Positions 48,501 to 57,700 of a stretch of 64,000 bases of DNA are shown here, one piece after another; the stretch's first letter is position 1; each line of letters starts with the position of its first letter. Under the pieces are notes generated by a model. That model ran no database searches, was not told the DNA's origin, and saw nothing but the letters and a program-made list of their open reading frames with translations. Source of the stretch: Amoebophrya sp. A120. Lineage: Eukaryota > Protista > Dinoflagellata. The position numbers and the translations under genes are program-made. The stretch is from contig CAJINV010000001.1 in assembly GCA_905178155.1 (NCBI GenBank), forward strand, positions 62,001 through 126,000. Direction: 5' to 3'.

Positions 48501-48728
48501 GCTCATACCGCATGAGAAATGTCCTGTCCGCATAGCACAAATTACACCTCTTCTGCTGTTCATGCAATACAGTTTTTACGTAGATTCCAAAAGTAGCATC
48601 ACAAGTTGTATCCTTCCAGACCCAGACATTTTTACATTTGATAGGGCTCCCGACAAACCCACTACGAAAAGATCCCGGAGGAATGGCTCGCCAAGTGGGA
48701 CGCCGAAGATCTGAACGACGAGTTGTAG
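33586..48728 (+). CDS. Aspartyl/asparaginyl beta-hydroxylase-like 2OG-Fe(II) dioxygenase ending in NDEL; exons ~33586-33799, 34025-34152, 46569-46665, 46900-47084, 47221-47367, 47679-47741, 48019-48379, 48649-48728
   Basis: Motifs THCGP…NIHLGL…WERGKVIAWDGSFDHRV…RIIMMV…HP are typical of the AspH domain. Exons join in phase through 4 GT-AG introns and 3 introners. Confidence 0.8.
34255..34531 (+). repeat. Split direct repeat A1 (277 bp)
   Basis: Appears identical to 45894-46170. Confidence 0.95.
35048..35512 (+). CDS. Retrotransposon accessory ORF, Cys-rich (possible Zn-binding)
   Basis: ATG-initiated 154-aa ORF with C/H clusters (CVNGC…CGRRSSCPRPGC…CGECH…CC); may be spliced. Confidence 0.45.
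   Translation: MDDCRTPSPRGRGYQIYASFCVNGCKRWTALRSVCGRRSSCPRPGCELKGCFLFLEDSELNNFVQLNDALICGECHPPSDAASRVALGICCSLDNWKPSGHGLPKIPYRFSRKAKFATQWPPPPPRGASSTGLFTQRASFFVISFVDSLLVLDF
35585..36535 (+). CDS. Retrotransposon accessory ORF, unknown function (Cys motifs plus helical/coiled-coil region); start unclear
   Basis: 316-aa open frame with coding-like codon use inside the element. Confidence 0.6.
   Translation: MSDVLFSPVVRKANCCRCEELENIIHFLIEDSFKGSKTPDIKYRSDCAGCICARRQAQYAACYAAEVSACTEARAQSKIIEDVMEMLDEATQQVARIDEAYDKINLSMTMVSRLAYDLADSNLEASSSLSRTFLKNLDNLFYYNGQLANVAHRLRYSVINKRNQLVFYSREFADANVNFTSKIKKIRERLRNSIKSRWVDFPLELEISNEDDRKAARHAKMIVAVARYLHKDISSPQVDHENYWWHHTAHEPTLFEQSGECYSVGNELLGLSDPSDEKDKYAILEGYDFRVVRMHPNSPCESRESPPQYPRGENMW
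37179..39042 (+). CDS. Gag-like protein, apparently 3 exons (37179-37551, 37647-38597, 38882-39042), with N-terminal CxxC cluster and C-terminal CCHC zinc knuckle
   Basis: CTWCGQGSHWLPKC fits C-x2-C-x4-H-x4-C. Two GT..AG segments (37552-37646, 38598-38881) join three frames in phase 1. Confidence 0.7.
40142..42082 (+). CDS. Tyrosine recombinase (646 aa)
   Basis: Catalytic-type motifs in the expected order: CVRRFQEL (R), KAKND (K), ISLRRAGA (H-x-x-R site with H replaced), GGW (W), DSIY (Y). Confidence 0.85.
   Translation: MSTQFTLQRVFREALGDEMASARGVVKREKSEDTAKYNAKRAFQGLGPSGSAREQDELFEIFDAINLDPHQNSHEEEKAAEVRRAAARERDRRAQLAASSSSSTGAASSSASAWQGATSSAVQPATAAQLGPGQQLLAGGSSSSSSTAPKSSVGATMKKAKPYTSPSQLDFTIFPERINIFESFPLEANVRRLLVTSVNKYAKASVKVKTISDYENLLKNIVPKVCAVVKFQCWPIDDSEVAEIFFRTFSEVASVHQGWTEPVSGKIRWAAFGRISAAISAFNSCRPEIEFSMQDKSCRFQRAWEGFKRSSFHPNTENSKYSPTELQAQQLAETSLAKFRANCLPAGRLRADTIWPAELFTDKAKLSFAIEFQAVVSINVGFYCVRRFQELIELNTSCVSMHTISKELSVEQFKYMRVDILKAKNDVLEKGDFCILPPRIADLLTLWMQYANRFLWHHFRRNYARGLSSLFFTIGTNNIRSRGLPLSKDNMRKQIRSAFQIHFSVDKPISLRRAGARYFASVDRHTAWAQGGWRNMRMLDSIYAPKQQEQLALEVHNYSRDSAFEKREREAVRKMEKGFTGPNWNSFDWDRGYADFDSRYISTRQFRFEAPKLSDAILLKNFNRFPKNEYAKVYKFFFPTMEGLNI
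42649..45537 (+). CDS. Pol: reverse transcriptase + RNase H + degenerate DNA adenine methyltransferase-like domain + C-terminal macrodomain (first ATG 42718)
   Basis: RT: KMRLI, LDLQDCYPHW, LPFGL, YVDD (43528-43539), WLGF. RNase H: GDAA…GWG, INVLE, YTDN, NIEADVLSR. Macro: GIAKDIFARYP…SIAVPLRIGCGYNGG. Confidence 0.92.
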   Translation: MVTKDFRGSVGSKALLLQHHSSHMPVVSPVLLSERTEEEERLGLQPTAALSIQEYLDLGLPIDDSSAAEFLRNQDGPQDSWRHDEDSLAIAGNSLSARQCVRYGIKPQFFRQFFGGLRFNIVSEQFTPSRNDNYPGASVFEEAFTQEVCRFVKNKKVLLYDNKGPADLTIAPGTIIEQRGKMRLITNWSAEEVKVNQSIYATAVNYSNWWQLFERIEPGAYVFGLDLQDCYPHWLIHPSCRRFLGLSIPQTDRVAVHCFLPFGLNCAPGDNDAAVKELIRMVHSAGVEADILDYVDDLRGILQAPHRCNFAKANEEFNKVFFGLATLGCRLHTKPGKLVPPAQVFPWLGFQCDTVRMTVGIESERLHEYSSAVLDFISEVLEHPEHASTARKTAKIVGKLNSVRFVIDGPLRNLQNRLNESGCYLLWRSSAAHNPRVDICDQSLEDLHWWYFELLKDPKAKLHHNGSRSFLWREEVLSYGANFFRTLGPEMFTSISGDAATTRGWGGACGAVKMFFPFPDWLVGKGYDINVLEYATPLLMLEFLAREHPHLIRNKVILYYTDNPSCKKGVNRGAYFSPVHCEITRRLKALLLEFRAELIAAKVYGTENIEADVLSRFDDNIFSMYDHNPDRFLTNRAWQHICKMIPGLEVEAFSGLNDSDQGRRLPLFYNSANPPFFDFGAICSRRSWWFPSDDVLYPTLRFLHKALHAVPAERRPRIALFVPKMNMKFASLLSIFGRAVIKFKKGKELFQYPGVPGRFKANDDYWVLLSVPLEMWPKPWANIAAPTAHLEKLMDNAVFRRSVGEISLVKPTPIQEAEAGWILHICCVAAVQPKGIAKDIFARYPSANRYSEPPSRKPYGAFEVIGKVVNIYCMQFPGPVSAQSDAAGDSYDARLGHFSGALRQIPAAASAAGISSIAVPLRIGCGYNGGKVQDYAKALEPFLAECKSRGIRVDLHDPPLKR
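45736..45893 (+). repeat. Split direct repeat B1 (158 bp)
   Basis: Appears identical to 46254-46411. Confidence 0.95.
45894..46170 (+). repeat. Split direct repeat A2 (277 bp)
   Basis: Copy of 34255-34531, directly abutting B1. Confidence 0.95.
46254..46411 (+). repeat. Split direct repeat B2 (158 bp)
   Basis: Copy of 45736-45893; the element's 3' end. Confidence 0.95.
47368..47673. mobile_element. Introner, family G, TSD TCCAG/TCCAG
   Basis: About 50-bp TIR TATGAAAGCCTCAG..GGAAATCCTCAAAGTGGAAATAATTTGT ... ACAAATTATTTCCACTTTGAGGATTTCC..CTGAGGCTTTCATA; flanks read PFLFQ|GGNWDQ. Confidence 0.92.
48380..48643. mobile_element. Introner, family A, TSD GGGCT/GGGCT
   Basis: TATGGATTGCAAAAGTGTCTGGGTCTGGAAG ... 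CTTCCAGACCCAGACATTTTTACATTTGATA. Confidence 0.9.
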
Positions 48729-50307
48729 ATCCTTTTCAGTCGTACATCAAGTAGTTCCACACGACGTCGACGTGATGTCAACACCAACAGCAAACAGTCT
48801 TAAGTAGAGCAAAAAAGAGCAAGAAGATTAGACGAGGATACCTCGTCCTCCAAAAACATCTTCCATAATATCCAAATCTTCTAGAGCACAATATTATTTT
48901 GATTTGAGTAAAAATGCACCAGTTTTTTTTTCAAAGAAATCTCTGACGCTGTCCTGCTCTGACCGGCTTATCTTTCTTTCTTTGTTACTTAGTTCTTATC
49001 AAGCCGTGTTACTTGAGCTCGATGGCAGTAGGAGGTAATATCATTTTTATATGGCCACCTTCACATTGTTCCACTCGGAGCAAGATACACTGCTTCCACC
49101 TCCAAGTCCTACTCACTATTCCTGCATGCCTTTTTGAATTCTCAGCTTACTCGTCTCTCGCGTGAGTAGCTTCGTCAAGTACGAAGACAAAGAAGTGTCT
49201 GAGTCTGAGAAGCCTTTTTCCGCGAAGAACTCGAACTGAAATATCAGTTTCACCTTCAAGCGGTGAGTCTGTCGTCACCTCGATCCAATAGGGTTGAGAA
49301 GACGATAGGAGAAGAAGTGAAGCCCGCTGTTGGTATCTACTTACACCTATAGTAACCTTACAACCATGTGATCCAAAAATACTTGACTTCTGAAAAGTCC
49401 CTCAGTTCTTATTTGAGTGCAATCTCCTGCACGTGTACCTTAGAAAACAATCTCGAAACCATACCCGAAAAATTTCTTGAACTACTTTTTGTGGTTCATG
49501 ATCACCTATCAGTACATTTTCATCGCACCGCCCAACAAGTGCACGACATTTCTGCTCGAAAGCAGCTGACCCAGTGCTCAAGGTGCCTGCGTGAAGATTC
49601 TGTTTCGACAGCAGTCTACTGCAGGTTCGTGATCATAACAGCGTGTTGTCGCAACTTTCGTGTCACTTCTACCGCAATATCATCGTGATCGTACTGGTGT
49701 GTGAATCTTCGTCGGCCTATTGCCACCTTCCTTGCTCGAGGACTATCGGTCGATGTCGATCCACTAACAAGCCTGAAAATCATAAATTAAGTCGGGATTG
49801 TGAAGAGAGAGTCGTGGTGTAGAAGTTGTGGTCAAAAGTAGTTCATGATCTATGTATCGCGAAAACGAAAACCTCTAAATGAGTTAAGAAGACGAGTTTT
49901 CGTGAAATCGTATATCGTTGCTGCTGAGGAAGGATGTTGCCTTTGAGATTTTCTTCGCAGGTCGCTTCGAGTCTCCGAACGTTCGCAGTACGCAAGTCGT
50001 CTACGTCTCTCAGCGGACATTCTGGAATGATCGCCTTGTATGTTTTCTGCAAGTTGAACTTTCTACTTGCATATGTATCTGTTGCATGCTCCGGCGCAAC
50101 TAGCTGCACTGGAGAAAGTAGACTACAGATGCGTCGTCGAGTCCCAAAGAAAGAATCACTATGTTAGTTTTTCACGGAGATTTTGGTTCCTTGATTCATC
50201 GCTAGTTGTTCGCGTCTTATTGATTTGATCATCACACCAGCCTGCTGCTGCGATAGTACATGTGTAGTGTCTGTGGCGGACTCTGACTCAAGCTCTCGTC
50301 TTTCGTC

Positions 50308-52880
50308 ATGGCGGGTATCTACAGAACAATTTTCTTAGACCACGTGGCTTCGACCACTGAAGTACCCCTCGGTAACGCGTCGCTCCTGCATGCAGGTCGT
50401 GGTTGTAGCAAGCAGGACGACGACGCCTTTCTCAACATCTCTAAAACCCGCAGCATCAAGTGCGGCGGCCATCATCAAATCAATCTCAAGCATCTCCAAC
50501 ATCTGCCAACCGCAACCAGCTTCGCCGCACCAGATTTTAATACCGACGAAGATGGGGAGGAACGAACGAATGGCCAGCAGAACGGGATCCCTCTTGACGA
50601 CGAAGCGATGCGAGTTCGGCGGGAGCTATCCAGGAAAAAACACCCATCCCCATCCATTTTTTGCATGGCAGACACATGATTTTATGCATGTTTTGCATCA
50701 CAAATTGGATGGGGATGGGTGTTTTTTTCTGGATAGGAGCAGCTTCCGGACGGCCCGCTCGCGTCCCGCCCGGGCCCGGAGGAGGAGAACGCGCTGGGCC
50801 ACGTGTTCCAGGCGGTGCGGAAGAAGTACCTCGTGAGCGATCCGGAGACGCTGAGCAAGCGGGGCAGGTTATCCTGAGTAAAAATATCCCCACACCAGAG
50901 TCAAGATGGGGATTTTGCAACACAACCCTAGAACTTTTGGTGGTCACGCATCACAAGTTGCAGTCCGTAGTGTAGTGCAGGTTCGCAAGGCCAGCTGCAT
51001 CAGAAATCCATCTGTTCATCCTGTTTACAGCATTACAAATTCCAAAACCCGACTAAAAATGCCTCTCCTGGCGATGCGCATTACAAATGTTCCTGTCATT
51101 GCAAATCTGCATGACAACTCTGGTATGGCGGGGACGTTTTTCCTCACAATACAGGTTCCTCACGGAGGACCCTGACACGGGGAACCGCATGGAGGTGCCG
51201 GATGGCGAAGACGTGATTTTCGCGGTGCCAAAACCGGATATGGCGAACCCAAACGACCACAACGACGGCGGAGGTGCGGGGGACCACGAATTCGTCGCCG
51301 GAGTGCCCGGGGGCCCGGACAACCAGGACGTGGGAAAGCAGCTGGGCGCCACGAAAACCGCGGACGGCATGGACGTGCCGGCGGAACGAAATCCGTACGG
51401 GTTAGCGGGCGGAGCAGCCGGCGACGGACAAATCATTGCCGAAAATAAGAAAGGCACGTCGGAGCCGCAGTTCGTCGAAGCGCCGCCGGTGGCGGAAGAC
51501 GAACCAGAGCAGCAGGAGGATGCCGAAGAAGATGTTGCAAGCGACGATAATATGGAAGAACATCAAGTAGGGGGGACTGATACTGCTTTAGGGGCGAATA
51601 CGACATCAACTACAACAGGGCAACAAGCAGGCAAAGATGGTGGCGCTGAAGCTTTAGGAACTGCACAAAATAAATCATCCAGTGATTCATCCTCCTTTCT
51701 GTACTCCTCCTCCTCGGCGGAAAGCAAAAGTTTGTTTGGAGCGGAAGACGAGAGCTACGAAGAAGATCATGACGAACTACTCGTCAGAGGCAGAGCAGGA
51801 CTTCGTCTTGGGGATGATGATGATGAAAAATATGGTGCTGTTGACAACGACGACCCAGAGGACATCGGTGAACTACGAGAATTTTCATCCCCAGAAGCGG
51901 ATGAAGATGTAGATGAACTACGGGAAATTGACGCTGCGGTGCGCATGCGAGAGATGGTCACTGGCGATGAAACGTCTACTTTGTTGTCATCACTACCTGC
52001 TGCATCTTCTTCGGCAACTGCTTCAACTTCTGTCCCGAGATCATCATTATTTCCGAAGAAAGCCGTGTTCTTCACAGAACTCGGTCGGGAGAACTACTAC
52101 GAGAAGGAAATTTTCAACGTAGCGAAGAAATGTAAAAGAGCACGGCGGCCGGACGATAAGATTGCAGTGCATGATGATGATCTTCGAAAGAATCCCACTA
52201 CTTGTCAGAAGTCGACTACACGAGGACACTTTGTTCATCACTTTGTGACAAGTTTCCTCGCCGGTGGCTCGAAGTGGGTGACCGCGAAAGCGTCCCCCGA
52301 AACCGCGAAGTCGGTATCAAACTCGATGTCCAAGTTTGGGAACGATACCCTGTGGGAGGCCAACGAGCGGCGGCGCCAGACCTGCGAGGACGGGGCGCCG
52401 ACGGTGTACATGCCGTTCTTCAAAATCCCCTTTGGCTACAGCAAGCGCGGGTTTCGCGACGGGCATTACTTTGACCGGGGAAGGAAGCGCTTCAACGGGG
52501 TTTTGCGGTACGGCGACGGCTATCAAATGCAAATAAAATGTCTGGGCCTAGAAGAATGCAACTTGTCATGCTAAATCTGAAGCATGCAAAAATCTGTGTT
52601 GCATGATCACCAAAAGTCGTCCAGTTTTGACCAAGTCGGGAGGGAGTTTCTCATGCAGGACAGGCATGAGAGAGATCGCACAGAATCTGTCATGCTAGGT
52701 CCTGCATTCCAGACCTCATGGGTCATGAAAAAGCTGCATGACAAATCGCGCACTCTTCCAGACCCAGACACTTTTGCAATCCATAACGGCTACGGCTGTC
52801 CCGCGCCGAAGCCGAAGCAAGCGAAAAAAGTGCCTGGATGGGTTCTGCACGAGATCGCGCAGGATTTTTTCATGACATAA
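50308..52880 (+). CDS. Uncharacterised acidic protein; exons ~50308-50626, 50741-50869, 51157-52520, 52791-52880 (start uncertain)
   Basis: Frame is continuous after removing three introners (…RVRRE|QLPDGP…SKRGR|FLTEDPD…RYGDG|YGCPAP…FFMT*). Confidence 0.72.
50627..50735. mobile_element. Introner, family H (109 bp), TSD GGAGC/GGAGC
   Basis: TATCCAGGAAAAAACACCCATCCCCATCCA ... TGGATGGGGATGGGTGTTTTTTTCTGGATA. Confidence 0.92.
50870..51151. mobile_element. Introner, family I, TSD CAGGT/CAGGT
   Basis: TATCCTGAGTAAAAATATCCCCACACCAGAGT ... ACTCTGGTATGGCGGGGACGTTTTTCCTCACAATA. Confidence 0.85.
52521..52785. mobile_element. Introner, family A, TSD ACGGC/ACGGC
   Basis: TATCAAATGCAAATAAAATGTCTGGGCCTAGAAGA ... 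TCTTCCAGACCCAGACACTTTTGCAATCCATA. Confidence 0.9.
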
Positions 52881-54764
52881 ACTAACATCAACTTGCTTCT
52901 TGCAGCCACTACGTAGTAGGATTTAGTACTTGTGGCCCCCGGACCCGCTTCTGCGCCGAAGTCGTGCAGCCGTGAGCCAGAAGATTTTGAGAGGAAAGGA
53001 GGCTACACTTGAAACTGTTGATAGCCGTGTAGGGAGTACAAGGCTTCGTAGCTGTCTTTTGGGAGGACAACGATTTTATTCCTGCATCGATTGCGCGAGG
53101 AGCGCTAGCTAAAAACCTAAAAGTAACAAACAACAATGAGTAGTTTGGACCAGCGGGGGCGAACACCGGGCCTTATTTAGCCTGCGACTGCGCCAAGGGT
53201 GCGAGGACGAGGTCCCTTTATGTTCAACATTTTTAATTTTCTTAACTACGTGAAGGACAATGTGCTATGTCTGAATTTTTGTTGCGCAGCTGAAGCTCTT
53301 CACTGTCACAATTCGCCAAGAATTATTCATCGCATGAATTTCTCTAGTTCCGATGCGTCTACTTTCTACGAGGACCGCTCACACGACCAAGGACGCGAAG
53401 CGATCGCAAAGGTTCAACATTTTTTCCGTAAGGGTACCTTTCCTAATGCCCTCGGGCACTTCTCATCAGTCTCTCAATCTCTTCACAGCGCTTCCTACCT
53501 TTCTTCTGCGAAGAGAGCAGTGCGTCTTATTACAACGACGAGGAATCTTGATTACTGATAGGCGACGTGGTTGTCTGAGCACGCCGTGCAGCCTTTTGTT
53601 TTTACGTGTATCCTCGCTTGCTTCTTTTCATCAATTTGTCTGCAGCGGCTGGAGGCAATGACAAAGAACAGTAGAACATCGACATCATTATGATTGTGAT
53701 TGTGAAAACAAGTGCTGTCATCCAAAGGCACGAAATTTTGAATAGTTTTAGTTCTAGTTGATCTTGAATATGATGAGTAGAGGTAGAAACTTTTACAGTA
53801 TCTGTATCGAAGTCATCAAGTAGTGGTAGAAGTGGTAGTAGTTCAGCAAGTAAGTCCTATCAGTAGTTAGAAATGCATCAAATCTCTGAATGGTTTAGAA
53901 ATAGAATGTGAATGGCAAGAACGCCAGCACTCTCTTGCTTTTTCTAACTCGTCGAATAAAGACGGAACCGGCGTCAGCGTAATATGTAAGTACACCTACT
54001 GAGGAGTACTAAGAATAGCTACCGATAGTTTTTCCTAGTATACGACCAAACTCTACCGTCACAAGATGGCTTTCTCGGATTTACAGGGAGTGGCGGATCT
54101 TTACTTCAGCTTGGGTGGTGGGCAGACGCTAAGCAAAGGTATTTAATTTATAGTGGATTTGAGTTTTTTTTCCATTTTCCTTGCAATAGAAACATCATGG
54201 GCTTCTTTCATCACGACTGAGAAGAAGAGGCTTAATATACTTGTCCAGCGGCATGCTCTGTGCAAAAGAGCGCTTGGCATGTTGATAATCGATCGCTTCG
54301 ATTATGTTCCTGGTGCTCCTCCCTGTAGTTGTAAACGTAAACCCCAGCTGCACTCCTGTAGTGGCCCGCCTGGCTCTAATTTTGCTGCGCAAGCAAAGCG
54401 TCACAAATACTTACATAGGAAAAATTGCTTGTAAAAATTGAATGTACTTGTAAAAAAAACACAACATCAGACTCGCCTGTCGTGCCCGGTGCCGCTGGCG
54501 CGGCTTTGCCACCATGGAAAATTGACCATTCTGACGACAAGCCATGGCGAAAAGAAGGTTTGTCTTTACTAGTACGCTACACTTTGAGTTTGAGTTTGAC
54601 TTTCGTTCTGATTTCTAATCTGAGCGACTGCTGAGCAGGCCAACTGGTGACTACGATAATGATATTTAAAAAAGTTAAAAAAAACAGCGGCGTCCTCCAC
54701 GACCCCATCCCAGCACCCGGCGCCAACACCAGGCGCCGAGCCGTTCGCAAAGCTCCCTCCCTGT

Positions 54765-57700
54765 ATGGCGAACAGCATTCACAATGCGTTCAACATGGAC
54801 GGAAAGAAACACTACCAGCCTGCTGCGTCGTACCAGGCAATAAACACGACAACGCCTGCTCTCCTCGCGAATTGTGGTACCAGAACGACCGGCGGAGAAG
54901 GTACCGTGACCGCGGTGGAACCGAATCACTTAGTACCGGACAGCTCCTCTGCACCCTGGAAGAACGGGACAGGCGGAGGTTCCGCGTCGACCACCACGAC
55001 CAGTGCAGCAGGTTCGCAATTATTGCAAGCTCCAGGCACGACCTCCGCCGTCGTGCCAGCAGGAGGTGCTGTTGGAGTTACCACACTGCTGCAAGCTGCC
55101 GATCATGTTGCGACGTCAAGTTCTACTTGTTTTGCCAAGAAGATGGGGACCGCCTCTGCTCAGCCTTTCGCTCACTCAATAGAGACGCAACTTCTGTCTG
55201 GAGCAGGAAGTTGTGCTTCGAGGGGGATAACTGTGCTAGGGGCCTCCTCGTCTTCTACTTCCAACGGGGTGGGACCATCATCTGCTGGCTGTGGTTCTCT
55301 CGCTGCATCAACCAACAGCGCAAGTGGGTGTGCGACGTCCTCGATAACTACCCCGACAGCAACGGGAGGTGGACTAGCACATCCACATCATTATAGTAGC
55401 AGTGCAACTACTACTGCTTCTACACCAACTGTGATCCTCACATCTTCAGCCCACCAGCAGCTGGAGCAGGCGGGCATCAAGAAACTAGCGGTGGGAAACA
55501 GCAAGATCTTGCAGGCTCTCTGCTCGGGGTCGGCCGACAAACTGGATTGGTCTTCAAAGAAAAACGGCGGCAATCATCTTCACTGGGAGGTACAGAATTT
55601 CTCGGGTAGATAGAAGTGGTTCTCTGGTAATGTTGTTGTGTCTCCATGTTACCATGACACTCGTCACTCAAACAGTAGGCTTGGTTACGATGAAGTTTAC
55701 TGTTTGATTTGTCGAACACTTTTGTCACGATCATTGATTTTGTTTCAAGTCCCGTTGCCTTGTTATCGTCTCTCCCTTCCCGATGCGCAAAAATCGCATG
55801 GACTGAATCACGTGAAAGCATCTACATCTTCTATCTCCAGTCGTCCTCGCGAGCAGCCGGCGGGAACAACAAGCTTACAACATCAGTACGAGCCCCGCCC
55901 CCGCATCAACAGTGGACGTTGGAAAGCTTTCTCGGTCATTGGACCTGCGACCGGGGGAACCGCATTTCGGTACGTTGGAACCATCAACAAGGTAGAGACC
56001 ACCACCACCAGCAGTCCTTAAAGGTTAACGTGGACGACAACCGCTTTAACCTGTTCCTCAAAAAAGATCCGGTCGTACAGAACAAGTTTTACTGTGGTCA
56101 CTACACGCTCGATGTGCGGCAAAGCGACCTGCAGAACGGGGTCGTCGTGTGGATCGACGACCACAAAGCTGGGGGCAGTTCTTCGTACAATAGTTGTGTG
56201 AAGCGCTGGAGGCGGGATGGAGTTGTTGCAACAGGTGCTCCTGGTGGTAACCAACAGCAACATCAACAGAGTCGGTCGAACGATCAAAATTCAGTCAACC
56301 AGAAGAATTCATCTTATCATGGACAACATCAGCACCATTTTCACAAGACGGACACTAACACCTCCTCGACGACGCACAGAGCCAGTCCGAATTCAGTAGT
56401 TGGCAAGAACTACAATAATTCGTCGCAGCAGCAGCTGCACCGAGACCAACAAAGAAGCGGCAACGGGAACAGCGGCAGTTTTGCTTTCACCCGCGGTCAG
56501 GGGCAAGCGAAGCGGGTGTACAACAATAACAATTCCAACGGCAGAAATGGAACAAGTCGAAGTACAACGAGCCACGGAAATCTTTATCCAAATCAGCACC
56601 AAAACAACTACAACAGGCGAAACAACGGACGCGGGGGCGGGGGCCGCGATAGTTATCGGCACAATCATGCCGGTACTAGAGGTGGACAATCGTTTCAACA
56701 AAAAAACAACTACCCCAAGAAGAACACGACGCTGAACGACCGCCCGACAAAGTCTCCGGTGTCCTCTGGGGTCCAGGAACTGCCCCCACAGAAAGGGGAG
56801 CAGCCGCAAAAGGTGGAACAAGCTGCATCTTCTGCACAAGAAGACGCCACCACGAACAAAACTCCCTCGTCTGGAGCTGTCGTTCAACATCCTTTCTCGA
56901 CTTCGACGAAAGAAAATACTAGCACGGCTGGCGACGTAAACGCTCTCCCAGCTTCCTCTTCTTGCGCACCACCGCCGACGGCGTCTGCTGGTAGTGGTAG
57001 TGCCACGAGTGCAGCTGTGGTTGGTTCTTGTACTCCTGGAACTACTAGCCCGGCGCCTGCGGAGCAGACAGAAAAGCAGGCAATATTGGTACCTGCAGGT
57101 CCAAAAAGAACTTCTGCAGCACCAGTGGCTCGCACTTATCCACCTGAAGCAGAGATGAAGACCAACACGGTAAAAACACCACCAAGTTCCACTGCTGAAG
57201 ATGAAGCAACAGAAGCGCTGCGAAGAGACGCCGCCACCTCAACGGCGACTAGTGCTACCAAACAAGATAGTACGACATCCCACCCACCTCCGCCGGCGTC
57301 TGCCTTTGACGTCGATACCCCCAGTCTATTGAGAGAGCCAATGTTAATCCACCCGCCTCCCGGGAATAAAGCGGCCAGTAGTTGTACAGGTGAAATCGCT
57401 ACAGAAATAGGAATGACAGCTGGTGACCACGCGACTTCGGGAACAACTAGTGATCAACATGATACTGCCGAACGACCAGCAGCAGCAGCTGCAAGTAGAT
57501 CATCAAGTCGTGATAGGTTGAAAACGGTAGCCGCTTCTCTGCGGATTGACGAGCGAAGCCTGAATCAGCACGGCCAAATGAACATGGAGAAGGTGCTGGA
57601 TACGACATCTTCAGCTCCTGCCCCCATGGGCGGGGCCGGAGAAATAACTACAACTAGTCGGGACGAGGAGGACGACATAGACGGGGTCCCAATTATAAGC

